Positions 36,929 to 50,285 of a stretch of 64,000 nucleotides of DNA are shown one piece after another (positions within the stretch are counted from its first letter, which is position 1; every line of letters begins with the position of its first letter). The DNA is from Macrostomum lignano (lineage: Eukaryota), in the NCBI GenBank assembly GCA_002269645.1, contig NIVC01002059.1, forward strand, positions 1 to 64,000. The letters run 5' to 3'. Below the pieces are notes generated by a model. It was not told the origin of the DNA. It saw only the letters and a program-made list of their open reading frames with translations, and did not search any database. The position numbers and the translations under genes are program-made.

Positions 36929-39598
36929 TTTTGGTGCACGCGAATGATTTCTCGACGACTGTTTTATTTCGATGCACTAATAAACTGGCTAGCCATGAAT
37001 GAAAGAATAGTCGACTCTGGCAACAATTCATTATATTCTGCGCCGCACCACCCCATACAATTCTATATTGGCCAATCAGCGTGAAGAACGGGATAGAGAA
37101 ATTATCTTAGTATACGTACACTCACTCGCGCAAAAGCTATAGATGTACATGTACCCCTATTTTGGCTAGAAGTCGTTAATACGAGCGTACATGTCAGATT
37201 TTCATCTAGTATTTCGGTTTTCACCCATTTTCTTCGATTTTGGTCAACAAATTAGCACAATGTATATATATATTGATTACCATTAGTATTTTTACCTTTA
37301 TATTATACAGTTGACTTCGTGTATGATCTATAAATTTTGACTGGTATTCTTCAACCCGAGGTTAACTAACAGTAATTTTGCAATTTTGCTAATGGTGAAC
37401 CAATATATATAGATAAACAGTTTTTGGTCAAGCATCGTGTTTACAAGCTTTATTCTATTATATTATTTTATATCTGTGGTAGTATATCGCAGAAGTTCTT
37501 TATGTAAGTAAAAGAGAAATATGGAAAAAACAACTTAATAATTTGCCAGGAGTTCTGTTCTGTTTTAGTCGATTCTATTTTGGTATTGAGTGCAAATTTG
37601 AACGGAATTAGGACGAAAGGTCTAAATTGTCTGTTTTGGTTGTAGGCGAAGGAAAGAAACATTGCAACACCTTTTCATTTGACTATTATGCAGCGAATGT
37701 AGGGCATTCTTGCGCAGTCCGAGCTACCTAGCGCCAGAGGGCGGCGTTGTTGATCCAGGCATGGTCGAGACAGTCCTGCTTAAAATAAAACGCCGAGACT
37801 TGGATACTGACAGGCTGGCGCCCCGGAATGGGTCGGCGGCGCCGACTACGTCCATGTCAGGCCCCTGAGTCGCTCCATGCAGCTGTGACGCTTCTCGACA
37901 GCTCCTCTATTTTAAGCGACAGCGTGAATTTTGTGGTTGTCACTGTTGTTGCTGTTGTATGCAGTTTTTTAGTAACGCTAATTTGAAACAAAATCCAAAA
38001 AACGTTCAAATGAGGCGGTGATATTGAATTACTTTATATTTCGATCCAATAGGCATAAATCATCTTAATTCAACCTCAAGACTAGTAGTAGTAAAGTTTT
38101 TGAATAAAATATAAGCATACACTTCTTAAAGACTTTTGCTGTAACGTAAGTAAGCGATGTTTAAAGCGATGTTTTGAATAATTTTCTTAGAAATAGTATA
38201 TATTATGCTGTATAGTAGTAGGTTGTATGTCTGTAGGCTGTGGCTGGACGTTTAGACGTCTAGACGAAAAAATAGTAATGGATTGACATGACTGAAGACT
38301 GAAGAGCCCAGTTCCATTGAGTGAAGTGGTATTGATAGTGGTATATGTTAAATACTATTTTGTGAATTTTCAATTTGAGGCCTTGAATCTAATCTTGAAT
38401 CTTAAATGTTTATTACAAAGTAGGCCTAATAATATATAGGCCTATTTAATATTTTTATCATAAATAGGATCTTTATATTCTATATTATATACTCAACAAT
38501 ATTTAAGGGTCGCCACCTTTAAGAGTGTGCACACGCAGTATTCTAGCTCAGTATCGTCTTTTGAGTGACAAAACATGCGCCACACAACACAGAGTAGAGT
38601 TGGGCTAGGTGGCAAGAGATTGGGAAGAGTGGAGGGCGAATATTGGATGGATTGAAGCTTCCACCCAGTTTTCATTGTTTTTTCAAGCATTTTTAAATAG
38701 ATCAAAATGCTTGGCCATGTAAGAGACGCTAGTCAAAAGATATTGTTCACTGGGGCAAAGAGTGGTGACTTTTTAATGTTTTGGAGCTAGAGCATATCTT
38801 TAGCCTTTATTATTAGGCCATATGAAAAACTATGGCTTCTTTTGAAATCACAGCTAATCTTTCTAGATAGAGTAAGCTGCAGTAGGCATAGACTAAAGCC
38901 AATGGTACCAAATAGAATTTATGACTTTATGGACAGTTTGATATTTTTTGATAAAAATTTGATAACAAAAGATTATTACTTTGTTTTTAGGTAAGTCACA
39001 AAGATAAAAAGTTATATATTTTAGTCAGAACTAAGTTATGTAACTAGTAGTATGATTCTGTACAACCACAGGTTATATTTGTTTAGTATAAGGCTTAGCT
39101 ATATATATAAGCATATTTGTATATATAGTTTTTCTTATAAGCATATTTGTAGCTATCATTGGTATTTTTACCAGTTGTTATAATAGATTATAGCTATAGT
39201 AATTATTTATAGTAATAATAAAAATGGGTAGGCCTATGCCTATGGCTTGATTTTTAATAATCATGAATATAGTACCAAATATTTTTTCTCTTACATTATT
39301 AGCTTTATACCATTTAAAAAAATTTCAAACTTTCTAGAATGCTTTTGAATGCAATTGTAATGATAAAGGTAGAAGAAGATATTATGTATAGAAATATTTA
39401 TTGGGTGATATATTTTTAGAATAGTAGGCCTAATTTTAAGAACTTTTTCTTAATAAGAATTGTATTGATTAATTTATTTAATAATAATATTTTATATGCA
39501 TTTTTTATTTTAACATAATCTTTAACATATATTTATTTAGGCATTTATTAATTTATAAACCATGCTTACATCTTAATTGTTTATGGATTTTCATGCAG

Positions 39599-42500
39599 AC
39601 AATTGAAAATACAAACAAGCAGCTATCAAGAGTTGGGGCTTAGAATGTTTTCAATTCTGCTCTATCTTCTACTCTATGTGTCATCATTTTTGATTGGCCT
39701 GGCAGTCATTTGGTATCTGACTGAGTGAGTAACTTTGCATTTAAGTATTTCATTGTTTTCAAACATACATTTTGTAAATCTTTGAATTTTTATTTAACTA
39801 TTCAATTTCTAGTAAGACAAACTGGATTCGCTATGAAGAAAATAGCTCAGAATCAAGTGAGTCAGTAAGCAGGTCTGCAGAGCCACATTGCACAGTCTGT
39901 GGAAATTCTAACTGCTATAGGCCAAGGTAAGTAAGCAGCTTTGATGATGAAAACAGCTTTACAATAGAGTTCCACTGTAATAGATGTGGCTATGGGAAGT
40001 TATGAATATAGATGTTTTTTATATGTGGCACATTGTGTAGATGGGTGGTGGGGGGCTGAAGTTAAGATAAATGCAATCCTAGCCATTTTTCTTGTACCAT
40101 TAATAAATTAGATGTTAATGAGTGTTAGGTTAAACTATTGCTGTCACTCTTTACTTCATCACTTTTACTATATTATAGTAAAGAATAAAAGAAGTCTTTC
40201 CATTGGATTGTTTATTATTAATACTTTTGAAAGTTTAAGGGAAATTAATTAGCTACGGACATGGAACTCTACCTCGTACTTTACAATGATGCAGTTTGTA
40301 TTTTATTACTGTAACTATTCGATTGACTTCAGAAGTGCATCGACCAGCTCGTTTCCGCCCTATTTGAACATCAACTTTACTGTTGACAAGCCAGTCAGCG
40401 ACGCTTTGTTCGAGGTGAGTTCAGCCTCTGTTTTACTCAGCTTGCACACCCAATTAAGTATCATAAAGTCTAGCAAATGAAGCTTTATTATTTGTTTATT
40501 ACATCTTTTCATTTACAGTTTTTTGAGCTCGTGATAGACAGATACATTCTCTGTTGGTATAAGTGAGTTAAATATTATTGTATTGAGCCTTCAAACTGAG
40601 TACTAACCACAGATACTAGAATAACTAGATGGGCCACTCAGCACATTTGCATGCTAGCTACTTTCAGTTCAGTAGCAAGTTAAACAGAAGCATTTTAATG
40701 TATTTTTAAAGCCAAGGCTCATTTATTGGCTCTTACCCACAGCTTAAACCCTCCAACCGCGCCTTTCCACACTACCCCCCTCGCCCCGCCCCAATCTTTA
40801 TTGCCTTTCTCGGAATTCCAGCCTAAAGCTGCCATGTACATTTCAGTGGACTGGCCAATGTACATTATTGCTGAGCCAATTAGCAAGCTGTTTACGCCTG
40901 CAAGCTTGGGCTTCTAAAATTATCAAAGTCGTTTCAGCTGGCTTTATTTTCATAAAATAGCTTATGTATTCTTCTTTGCTACTGAACTGAAAGTAGAAAG
41001 CTGTTTTTCTAAGTAAATATGCCCGAGTGGATCATCTAGTTATTTTAGTATCTGTGTACTGACAAGTAAAATATTTAATTAATTGTGTTTAAAATGTTCC
41101 AGAGAGATTAGCTCTCGCGAAGATTTCGTAAATGATGTTCGTTTGCACCTGAAGTACGCCGTCTCTGCACTGCTGCATCGGTTCTCTCGGGTATGTTGAT
41201 TTAATAAACTTATTGCTATACCAATAATAATGTTTCATTTTCAAGTCTTAAATTTCAGAAATTCACTTGATTTTCAGTGCGATATCGGCCAGTTTGTTGA
41301 AGACCAGGTGATACCGGGAGCCGTGGCGCACTACCAGGTGTGCAACGATGTGCTTCGCAGAGGTTTGTCGTCTATTAATAATTCAAAATTCCAAGTACGA
41401 GTCAGTGCCCGAGAGTCTTCATAAAATTTTATGGAAAAACTTCCTGACTCGTCCTGAAAATCACTGGAACCGTTCCCGAAAATCACTGGAACCGTTCCCG
41501 AAAATCACTGGAACCTTTCCCGAAAATCACTGGAACCGTTCCCGAAGATCACTGGAACCGTTCCCAAAAATCACTGGAACCTTTCCCGAAAATCATTGGA
41601 ACCGTTCCCGAAGATCACTGGAACCGTTCCCAAAAATCACTGGAACCTTTCCCGAAAATCATTGGAACAGTTCCCGAAAATCACTGGAACCTTTCCCGAA
41701 AATCATTGGAACCTTTCCCGAAAATCATTGGAACCGTTCCCAAAAATCATTGGAGCCGTTCCCGAAAATCACTGGAACCTTTCCCGAAAATCATTGGAAC
41801 CGTTCCCGAAAATCACTGGAACCGTTCCCGAAAATCACTGGAACCGTTCCCGAAAATCATTGGAACCGTTCCCGAAATCATTGAAACCGTTCCCGAAAAT
41901 CTTTGGAACCGTTCCCGAAAATCACTGGAACCTTTCCCGAAAATCATTGGAACCGTTCCCGAAAATCACTGGAACCGTTCCTGAAAATCACTGGAACCGT
42001 TCCCGAAAATGAGTGGAACCGTTCCCGAAAATCACTGGAACCGTTCCCGAAAATGATTGGAACCGTTCCCGAAATCACTGGAACCGTTCCCGAAAATGAT
42101 TGGAACCGTTCCCGAAATCACTGGAACCGTTCCCGAAAATCACTGAAACCGTTCCCGAAAATCACTGGAACCGTTCCCGAAAATGAGTGGAACAGTTCCC
42201 AAAAATCATTGGAACCGTTCCCGAAAATCACTGGAACCGTTCCCGAAAATCATTGGAACCGTTCCCGAAATCATTGAAACCGTTCCCGAAAATCTTTGGA
42301 ACCGTTCCCGAAAATCACTGGAACCTTTCCCGAAAATCATTGGAACCGTTCCCGAAAATCACTGGAACCGTTCCCGAAAATCACTGAAACCGTTCCCGAA
42401 AATCATTGGAACCGTTCCCAAAAATCACTGGAACCTTTCCCGAAAATGATTGGAACCGTTCCCGAAAATGATTGAAACAGTTCCCGAAAATCATTGGAAC

Positions 42501-45500
42501 CGTTCCCGAAAATCACTGGAACCTTTCCCGAAAATGATTGGAACAGTTCCCGAAAATCATTGGAACCTTTCCCAAAAATCATTGGAACCGTTCCCGAAAT
42601 CACTGGAACCGTTCCCGAAATTCTCCGGAACCGTTCCCGAATTTGAAATTTGACAATTTGGATCTGGCAAGGACTGACACCGCACCCCGCCATCCGCAGG
42701 CAACCTGGGCTCCACATCCAACTTTGAGTCGCTGATGCTGCGCAACATGCGAGGCCACCTGCACGTGGCCATGAAGGATCGGACCGCAGAATATGACTAT
42801 GTGAAAGGCCTTGTGTCCAAGGTACTGCCGCATCTGCTTCACCCCACGGCCAAGGGCTCCAAGTAAGCATTGATTGTTTCACATATCCAGCCCAGTCAGC
42901 AATTTCAATAATAACCCTGTTTTCCCGCTTTCAGCTGAAAATTATGATTTGAGATCCCATTTCCCATATCTCTTCCTATAATCCTAGAGTCATATCCCCG
43001 CTCCTTATAATCCTACAGAATCCCGTATCTCTTCTTCCCATAATCCTACAGAATCCCATATTCCCGTTTCCCAACAGAATCCCATATCCCCGCTTTATAA
43101 CAGAATCCCATAACCCCTTTTCCCATAATCCTAGAATATCCCATATCCCCGCTACCCATAATCCTACAGAATCCCATATCCCCGCTTCCCATAATCCTAC
43201 AGAATCCCATATCCCCGCTTCCCATAATCCTACAGAATCCCATATACCCGCTTCCCATTATCCTACAGAATCCCACATCCCCGCTTCCCATAATCCTACA
43301 GAATCCCATATCCCCGCTTCCCATAATCCTACAGAATCCTACATCCCCGCTTCCCATAATCCTACAAAATCCCACATCCCCGCTTCCCATAATCCTACAA
43401 AATCACATATCCCCTCTTCCCTAAATCGTACAGAATCCCATATCCCTTTTCCCGATAATCCTACAGATTATGCTCGTCACAACAAACCCAATGAACCGTC
43501 CCCAGGAGCCTAGAGATGCTACTAACGGAGATCCTGACCGTCGCCGTGCTGATGCCGGCGCTGGACTCGCTAACGAATCCGCACACCGTCAACCGGTTGA
43601 TCCTGGAGGCGCTGGACGATTTCCCGCTGCCGCAGCCGAGCGGCCAGCCAGTCGCCAGGGTGCCTGTGCTGCACCGGTACACGGAGATGGCTATGGCTGC
43701 CAGCAAAGCCGAATGGCAACAGCAGCAGCAGCAGCCGCAGCAGGGCCTGCAGCCTCCCAGCAATATTGGCAGCGTGTACGAGCATCACGGCCTTCGGCAG
43801 GCTTTCATCGATTTTATGAAATTGTGCGACAGTCTGGAGCTGATGATTTTCTACGGCGATCTGGGTGAGGGGCCGGCTGGCTTGCCTTCTGTACCTCCTT
43901 TTCATTTTTTGTCTGTTAAACTAGTAAATCGCTTTTCAAACTGGAGAATTCTTATACCGCAAAGGAATTGCTTTCACACTGCTTGGGAATCGCCTGTTGC
44001 GCTGCTGGGGAATTAGCTCTGTCTGCGGGAATCCCCTCTTAGTCGGGGGAATCCCCTCTTAGTTGGGAGAATCACCTCTGAGTCGGGGGAATCCCCTCTT
44101 AGTTGGGAGAATCACCTCTTAGTCGGGGGAATCCCCTCTTAGTTGGGAGAATCACCTCTGAGTCGGGGGAATCCCCTCTTAGTTGGGAGAATCACCTCTG
44201 AGTCGGGGGAATCCATCTCAGTCTGGGAATCCCTTATGAGTCTGGGGAATCGCCTCTTACATTGCTAGAGAATTACCTCAGTCTGGAGAATCTTTTCTCA
44301 ATGATTTGGCTTGTAACTTCTCCAATTGAATCGCCATTCTCCGCAGAGATGATCAACAAAGACCTGGTGGCGGCTGAGATTCGCGACAACACCTGTCAGA
44401 GAATCTACTCGGACATTGAGCGAATCTACGAGTCGCTTCTGCATCACAACAAGGACATCATAGCGGCTCTGCAGCTTCCAGATGAGTTTATGAACTGCCT
44501 GCGAAATGGTGAGCCGGTTTTATCTTTTTACCTGCTCTCTTCTTAAATTAGGGGTGTAATAAATTTACCCTGTATTTTATTATCCAGTTGTCAAAGATGG
44601 CGCCAGTTCCGTGCCCAACCTTCGGACTAGCTCGGCTTGGTTCATGTGAGTTTGAAAAGTGATTTTTTTCTTAATTTGAGTTGGAAAAAATTGGCCACTG
44701 TTAAGGTCAGCTATGAGCACAGTTGGTCACTGCTAAGGTCAGCTATGAGCACAGTTGGTCACTGCTAAGGTCAGCTATGAGCACAGCTGGTCACTGCTAA
44801 GGTCAGCTATGAGCACAGTTGGTCACTGCTAAGGTCAGCTATGAGCACAGTTGGTCACTGCTAAGGTCAGCTATGAGCACAGCTGGTCACTGCTAAGGTC
44901 AGCTATGAGCACAGCTGGTCACTGCTAAGGTCAGCTATGAGCACAGCTGGTCACTGCTAAGGTCAGCTATGAGCACAGTTGGTCACTGCTAAGGTCAGCT
45001 ATGAGCACAGCTGGTCACTGCTAAGGTCAGCTATGAGCACAGCTGGTCACTGCTAAGGTCAGCTATGAGCACAGTTGGTCAATTCCCGAGCATTGTGAAG
45101 CAAGAGGCTTGCAACACAATTACGCTCGTATAATATAAATATAAACATCCTTCTTTCCCCGCCATTGCAGAGCTCACGAGCGGGTGTGCAACTTTCTGGA
45201 GACTCACTACCTGCCAGCCTTCGCCAATAGCGACTGCTACATGAAGCTGGTTGTGCTGGAGGAGTCGGGCTCCAGGGACAGCGGTCAAGGTTCGGCTAAA
45301 GCCAAGTAAGCAAGGCGCCGACTTAATGTGATGCAAATGCAATTATTAAAAGCTCGAAATTTCATATTTTATCCACTTGCGCTAAGCTTAGAGATTTTAT
45401 AATATATTTTTTAGTAGTACTGAAGCCCTTGTTTTTTATTATCTAAATGTTGTGAAGCTTTACTATATAGTATATAATGTTAAGGGTCACTGTCGCAGCA

Positions 45501-48500
45501 CTCAACAGAAGGCCGAATTAGCGAGACAGGTAATTTTCAGTTTTAAGCTCTCAATTGAAAATTGATCCAGTTCTGAACTTATTTGAGTGTTTGCTGCTCT
45601 TAATAGCAGGGGGGGGGGGCCGGCCGTAGCCCAGTGGTCTAGCGCGGCGCTCTGATGTGCCAGCGGCCCAGGCTCGATTCCAAGTGCAGTCACATTAATT
45701 TGGAGTTAAATTGGATTCTCGGCTTGGCTCTGCTTGTGCAATTAACGCCATTGAGGGCCAACCCCCATGACACAGTGAAGTGTGCATGCCTAACGATAAA
45801 ATAAAGTTAGGACCGCTGTACACTCCTGTGTGAGTGTGTGCCTGTGCGTATGACTGCGTACGTATCCGCGCGATTGTGTGCCTGCTCAGGGGAGTCGGCG
45901 GAATGGGCAGCAATGCCTCTCAATGTCGCTTAAAGTGCGCCGCGGTGCACACAGCCCGCTGACTAACCTCTAACTCTTGATAGCAGGTGGTCTTTTTAAA
46001 ACACTCCTTATAACTGATTAACCTATTCATTAATATGCTATTAACTATTGATATAAAATAAAAGGCATAGCAACCCCATGGCAACCGCCGCCGCCGCCGC
46101 ATCCACCCTATCCTGGTGGTGGGAGCGGACCAAAGCGGCCGCTGCCGCCACCGCAGAGGCGGCGGCCAAGAGCGCCCTGTCGGATGATGAAGGCTCAGCT
46201 GGGTGAGAGGAGACTGCAGCTTTAGTCTTGAATCAAGTTACTCAGTTTGCATGTACCGTATTTGTCCTGCTGGTAAGGCGGTGTCGTTCTTTTACACCCT
46301 TTGTTGAGGTCTTTTAGTCCAGCATTTTTAATATCTTATCTCAACAATTTTTAAATGGTGTTTTTCTTTAACTGACTGGTGGTCCCTCATTGGACCAATA
46401 ATTTTAATTGGTTCTACCTCGATTCAAATGATTTGTACCTACGTTGAACTGGTTTTTTCGTTTCTTTGTTAGTAAGCTCGTATCCTGTTTAAATTTATGT
46501 TTTTGTGTGCCATCCGAAGTCTGTATTGCTGCACTTCCCTAACCAGTCCCTCAGTAGCCTCCCTACCCCCCTGATCAGTCCCTCAGTAGCCTCCCTACCC
46601 CCTGATCAGTCCCTCAGTAGCCTCCCTACCCCCCTGATCAGTCCCTCAGTAGCCTCCCTACCCCCCTGATCAGTCCCTCAGTAGCCTCCCTACCCCCTGA
46701 TCAGTCCCTCAGTAGCCTCCCTACCCCCCTGATCAGTCCCTCAGTAGCCTCCCTACCCCCTGATCAGTCCCTCAGCAGCCTCCCTACCCCCTGATCAGTC
46801 CCTCAGTAGCCTCCCTACCCCCTGATCAGTCCCTCAGTAGCCTCCCTACCTACCCCCCTGATCGGTCCCTCAGTAGCCTCCCTACCCCCCTGATCGGTCC
46901 CTCAGTAGCCTCCCTACCCCCCTGATCGGTCCCTCAGTAGCCTCCCTACCTACCCCCTGATCAGTCCCTCAGTAGCCTCCCTACCCCCTGATCGGTCCCT
47001 CAGTAGCCTCCCTACCTACCCCCTGATCAGTCCCTCAGTAGCCTCCCTACCCCCTGATCGGTCCCTCAGTAGCCTCCCTACCTACCCTCCTGATCGGTCT
47101 CTCATCAGCAGCCCAACAGTATGTTCAAGCCGCTGAAAGCCATCGTCTATTCTTTCACACTCGCCAGCTCCCTGGCGCCGCCGCAGCGTCAAGGCCGGTC
47201 TCGATTCTTCCGCCAGCAGCAGTCGGCCATAGTTGACGGCCAGGCCGTCCGCACCGCCCAGCACCCTTCGTCGCTGCCTCCTTTGCTGCCAGCTGAGGAG
47301 GCACTGGAGGACTCTACGCTTGGCGGTGCGGCAATGTTGCCTAGCAACGACCCGGCAACCATCGCGTCCGAGTATCCGGAAGCCGCCTCTCTAGCCGACC
47401 AGCTGACCCGCCCGCCATCCTCGGTTCTGTCCGCCAGCTCTCGTCAACGGCAGCAACAACAGCAGCAGCGTCGACAAAGCGACATGGCCAACTGGCGCGT
47501 GACGGTCACCGGCCTCGGCGAGAATTCGGCCGACGACGGCCAGCTGTCCAGCGGAGTGATGAAATACGTCATCCACGTTAGCTGCCCGGCAGAGAACGGC
47601 GGCGACAGCTGGAAGGTGTACAGAAAGTATTCGGAATTCTACGTGCTGGAGGAGAAGCTTCGTGAATTTCACGGCGCCGCTCTCGGCGACCTGCCGCTGC
47701 AGTCGAAGCGGCTGATTGGCAGCTCAAGCAGGGAGTTCCTAGCCGGGAAGCGGGCCGAGCTGGAGAGCTTCCTGCGCGCCCTGCTGGCCAAGCCGCTGCT
47801 GCGCCAGTCTCAGCTGCTCCGCCTATTCCTGTCCGACCAGCTGCAGGAGTTCGAGACCAGCCTGCTGCCCGATCTCAGTCTCAACCGGCTCACGTCTAAG
47901 TTTCAACGGCGCGGCTTCTTTTTGGCTAAGGATTTCCTGCCCGGTCTGTTGGCTTCTACTCAGGCGCCCACGCCCGAGCCGTTGGCGCCGCGCGGCAGTA
48001 CTGGCGGCGGCGGCGGCGGCGGCGGCGTCGAATCGCTCAAGCAGAGTCGGGTTAGTTGCTCAGTTAACTTGTTTGTTTGCAATTTGACCTCAGATTGTTA
48101 TTCTCGTACTACTCGTATGCGATGCCAAAACCCGCCATGAAAACCCGATCGAAACTTTCTCAATAATCCTAATAAAAATCGCTTCCAAACCTATTAAAAA
48201 TCGCCCTAACACCCAGTAAAAATTACCTCCAAACCTCCCTCGAATAAAGTAAACTCCAACACCACAATAAAAATCGCTTCCAACTCCTAATAAAATCGCC
48301 TCCAATCCTCTAAAAAAATCGACCCCTGATCCTCATTAAAAATCGCCTCCAACCCCCCCCCAATAAAAATCCTCCACTTCCCCCACAATAAAAATCGCCT
48401 CCAACCCCATAATAAAAATCGCCTCCAACCACAAAAAAATTGCCTTTAACCCCACAATAAAAATCGCCTCTAACCACAATAAAAATCGCCTCCAACCCCC

Positions 48501-49727
48501 CCAAAAAATAGCCTCCACTTCCTCCCACAATAAAAATTGCCTCCAACCACAATAAAAATCGCCTCCAACCCCACAATAAAAATCGCCTCCAACCCCACAA
48601 TAAAAATTGCCTCCAACCACAATAAAAATCGCCTCCAACCCCACAATAAAAATCGCCTCCAACCACAATAAAAATCGCCTCCAACCACAATAAAAATCGC
48701 CTCCAACCACAATAAAAATCGCCTCCAACCCCACAATAAAAATCGCTCTCTAAACCGCCATCCGGCCGCAGCTGCACAATTACCTATTCTGGAACAACGC
48801 GGCGCTATCACCCGACCAGTCGCCCAGCCTGACCGCCCCCTGCCCGGTGTCCGTGCCCCGCGTGTTCGGCATCTACGACTTGGCCCTGTTCCTGCTGGAG
48901 CGAGTCGTCTTTGCAAGCGTCGGCGGCGGCAGCGAAGACATCCCCTGGTGGAGGCGCTGGCTCTGCCACCTGCTTGTGGGCCTCCGGCCGCTGGCGCGTC
49001 CTCTGATTGACCGACTGATTCGCGATTTCATCAACGCCAAGGTGCTGGAACTCACTCGCGACTACAGGGCTGTGCCCATTGTGCAACTCTTCAGGGGTGA
49101 GCCCGAGCTCGTATTGCTGCTTGACTACTCATACTAGTATTATAGTAGTTTAAAGTAGTAGCTTATCGAATTTCAAACTGCCAATGCGCGCCACCCTAGA
49201 TTTAATCTTCTTCCCGGAGCGTCGCGTCGCTCCCGGCGACGGCGACAAACAGAAACGACGAGCCGACGCTTTGGCAGCCCTGAAAACTGCCTGCTCCAGC
49301 GTGTGTGAGTCTCCTTATTGTGGTTGTCCTCTCAGTCTTTATTTGTTGTGCGCTTGAAAATTGTGGCTCTGAAACTTGAAGCGTTAAGGGTCATAAGATT
49401 GAGTTGGTAATCCTCCGAATGAGGATATTGATGAGCATAATGGGATTTCAATTGGCAGAATGAGGATTTCAATTAACAGAATAGGGGATGTCATAATTCA
49501 AATCGTGACTTTGATGTATCACAACAATTTTATGTAAACTTTTACTACTTGCTTTTTACCCTTACTCAGACGTGTCGCAAGTGCTTGGCGCGGACTCTGC
49601 CGAGGCGACGTTGAGCCGTCTGCACGACCTGCTGCAGTATCCTAGGGTCAACAAGCAGCTGCTGTTTACTCTGGTCGACCCTCTTCTACTCAGACTGTTT
49701 CCCGAGCTGCACCAGGATGCTGCGTAA
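39599..49727 (+). CDS. SNX14: Sorting nexin 14 (TM-PXA-RGS-PX-PXC)
   Basis: Phase-consistent exons: 39599-39724, 39813-39926, 40333-40414, 40519-40562, 41103-41190, 41278-41362, 42700-42862, 43506-43864, 44347-44508, 44588-44645, 45171-45305, 46071-46202 (weak acceptor), 47120-48050, 48772-49096, 49200-49304 and 49570-49727. Motifs: CTVCGNSNC, FFELVIDRYILCWY, PALDSLTNPHTVN, PX WKVYRKYSEFYVLEEKLREFHG, PXC LQYPRVNKQLLF..LFPEL. The 5' end is uncertain (first ATG in these exons at 39645). Confidence 0.92.
40608..41056. mobile_element. 449-bp P-family MITE in an SNX14 intron
   Basis: TIRs CACAGATACTAGAATAACTAGATG / CATCTAGTTATTTTAGTATCTGTG (23/24), plus an inner IR CTACTTTCAGTTCAGTAGCAA. Flanks TACTAAC / TACTGAC (7-bp TSD, one mismatch). 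Confidence 0.85.
41455..42642. repeat. 21-22-bp minisatellite (GGAACCGTTCCCGAAAATCACT) in an SNX14 intron
   Basis: Direct reading. Confidence 0.97.
42995..43466. repeat. 33-bp minisatellite (CCCATATCCCCGCTTCCCATAATCCTACAGAAT) in an SNX14 intron
   Basis: The 11-aa periodicity of the antisense ORF confirms 33 bp. Confidence 0.95.
44025..44262. repeat. 20-bp (40-bp dimer) minisatellite AGTCGGGGGAATCCCCTCTT / AGTTGGGAGAATCACCTCTG
   Basis: Direct reading. Confidence 0.93.
44692..45080. repeat. 32-bp minisatellite (GGTCACTGCTAAGGTCAGCTATGAGCACAGTT), ~12 copies
   Basis: Direct reading. Confidence 0.97.
45619..45958 (+). mobile_element. tRNA-derived SINE, apparently full length, in an SNX14 intron
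   Basis: A-box TAGCCCAGTGG at 45627-45637 and B-box GGCTCGATTCC at 45671-45681. The body is repeated inverted at 14881-15093. Confidence 0.75.
46541..47098. repeat. ~31-bp minisatellite (CAGTCCCTCAGTAGCCTCCCTACCCCCTGAT) abutting an SNX14 acceptor
   Basis: Direct reading. Confidence 0.96.
48150..48748. repeat. Degenerate ~24-30-bp repeat (CCACAATAAAAATCGCCTCCAACC) in an SNX14 intron
   Basis: Direct reading. Confidence 0.93.
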
Positions 49728-50000
49728 ACTCCCCACTCTGGCGGATTTATTTTTATTTAAAATTAGATATGTTGTCCCTAGCCGTCTCCGTCGGCTGTCT
49801 TTTAACTGATCGATCCTTTATCTGTGTTATCAATCAAACTTTACTAGCTAATCAGTTGCGTGTTGTGTACGTATGCGCTCCCGGATGCATGTATTTCGTC
49901 TTTACATAAGTGCGCGATTATTCCAAACGTCTTGGTTGTCAGCGTTTTATTTTGGATATCGAGCAATCATATTTTATTCTTCAATGTAGGCTGTATCCTA

Positions 50001-50285
50001 GAAAATCGATAAACCTCTGGGGGAGGTGGCTGTCGTGTAGTCAGTCAGAAAATCGATAAACCTCTGGGGGAGGTGGCTGTCGTGTAGTCAGTCAGAAAAT
50101 CGATAAACCTCTGGGGGAGGTGGCTGTCGTGTAGTCAGTCAGAAAATCGATAAACCTCTGGGGGAGGTGGCTGTCGTGTAGTCAGTCAGAAAATCGATAA
50201 ACCTCTGGGGAGATGGCTATCCTTTAGCCAGTCAGAAAATCGATAAACCTCTGGGGGAGATGGCTGTCGTGTCAGAAAATCGATA
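50001..50285. repeat. 47-bp minisatellite, ~6 copies
   Basis: GAAAATCGATAAACCTCTGGGGGAGG.. at 50001, 50048... Confidence 0.95.

Noticed and set aside
37453-37468. TTATTTTATATCTGTG resembling a P-MITE right end
   Set aside because: No left partner or TSD found.
37700-38705. Short ORFs between SLC18 and SNX14 (37761 MVETVLL..., 38493-38705)
   Set aside because: Could be SNX14 5' exons or a small gene, but I found no phase-consistent junction or family match.
45619-45690. Functional tRNA gene
   Set aside because: No acceptor stem or anticodon arm, and it runs into a repeated SINE body.
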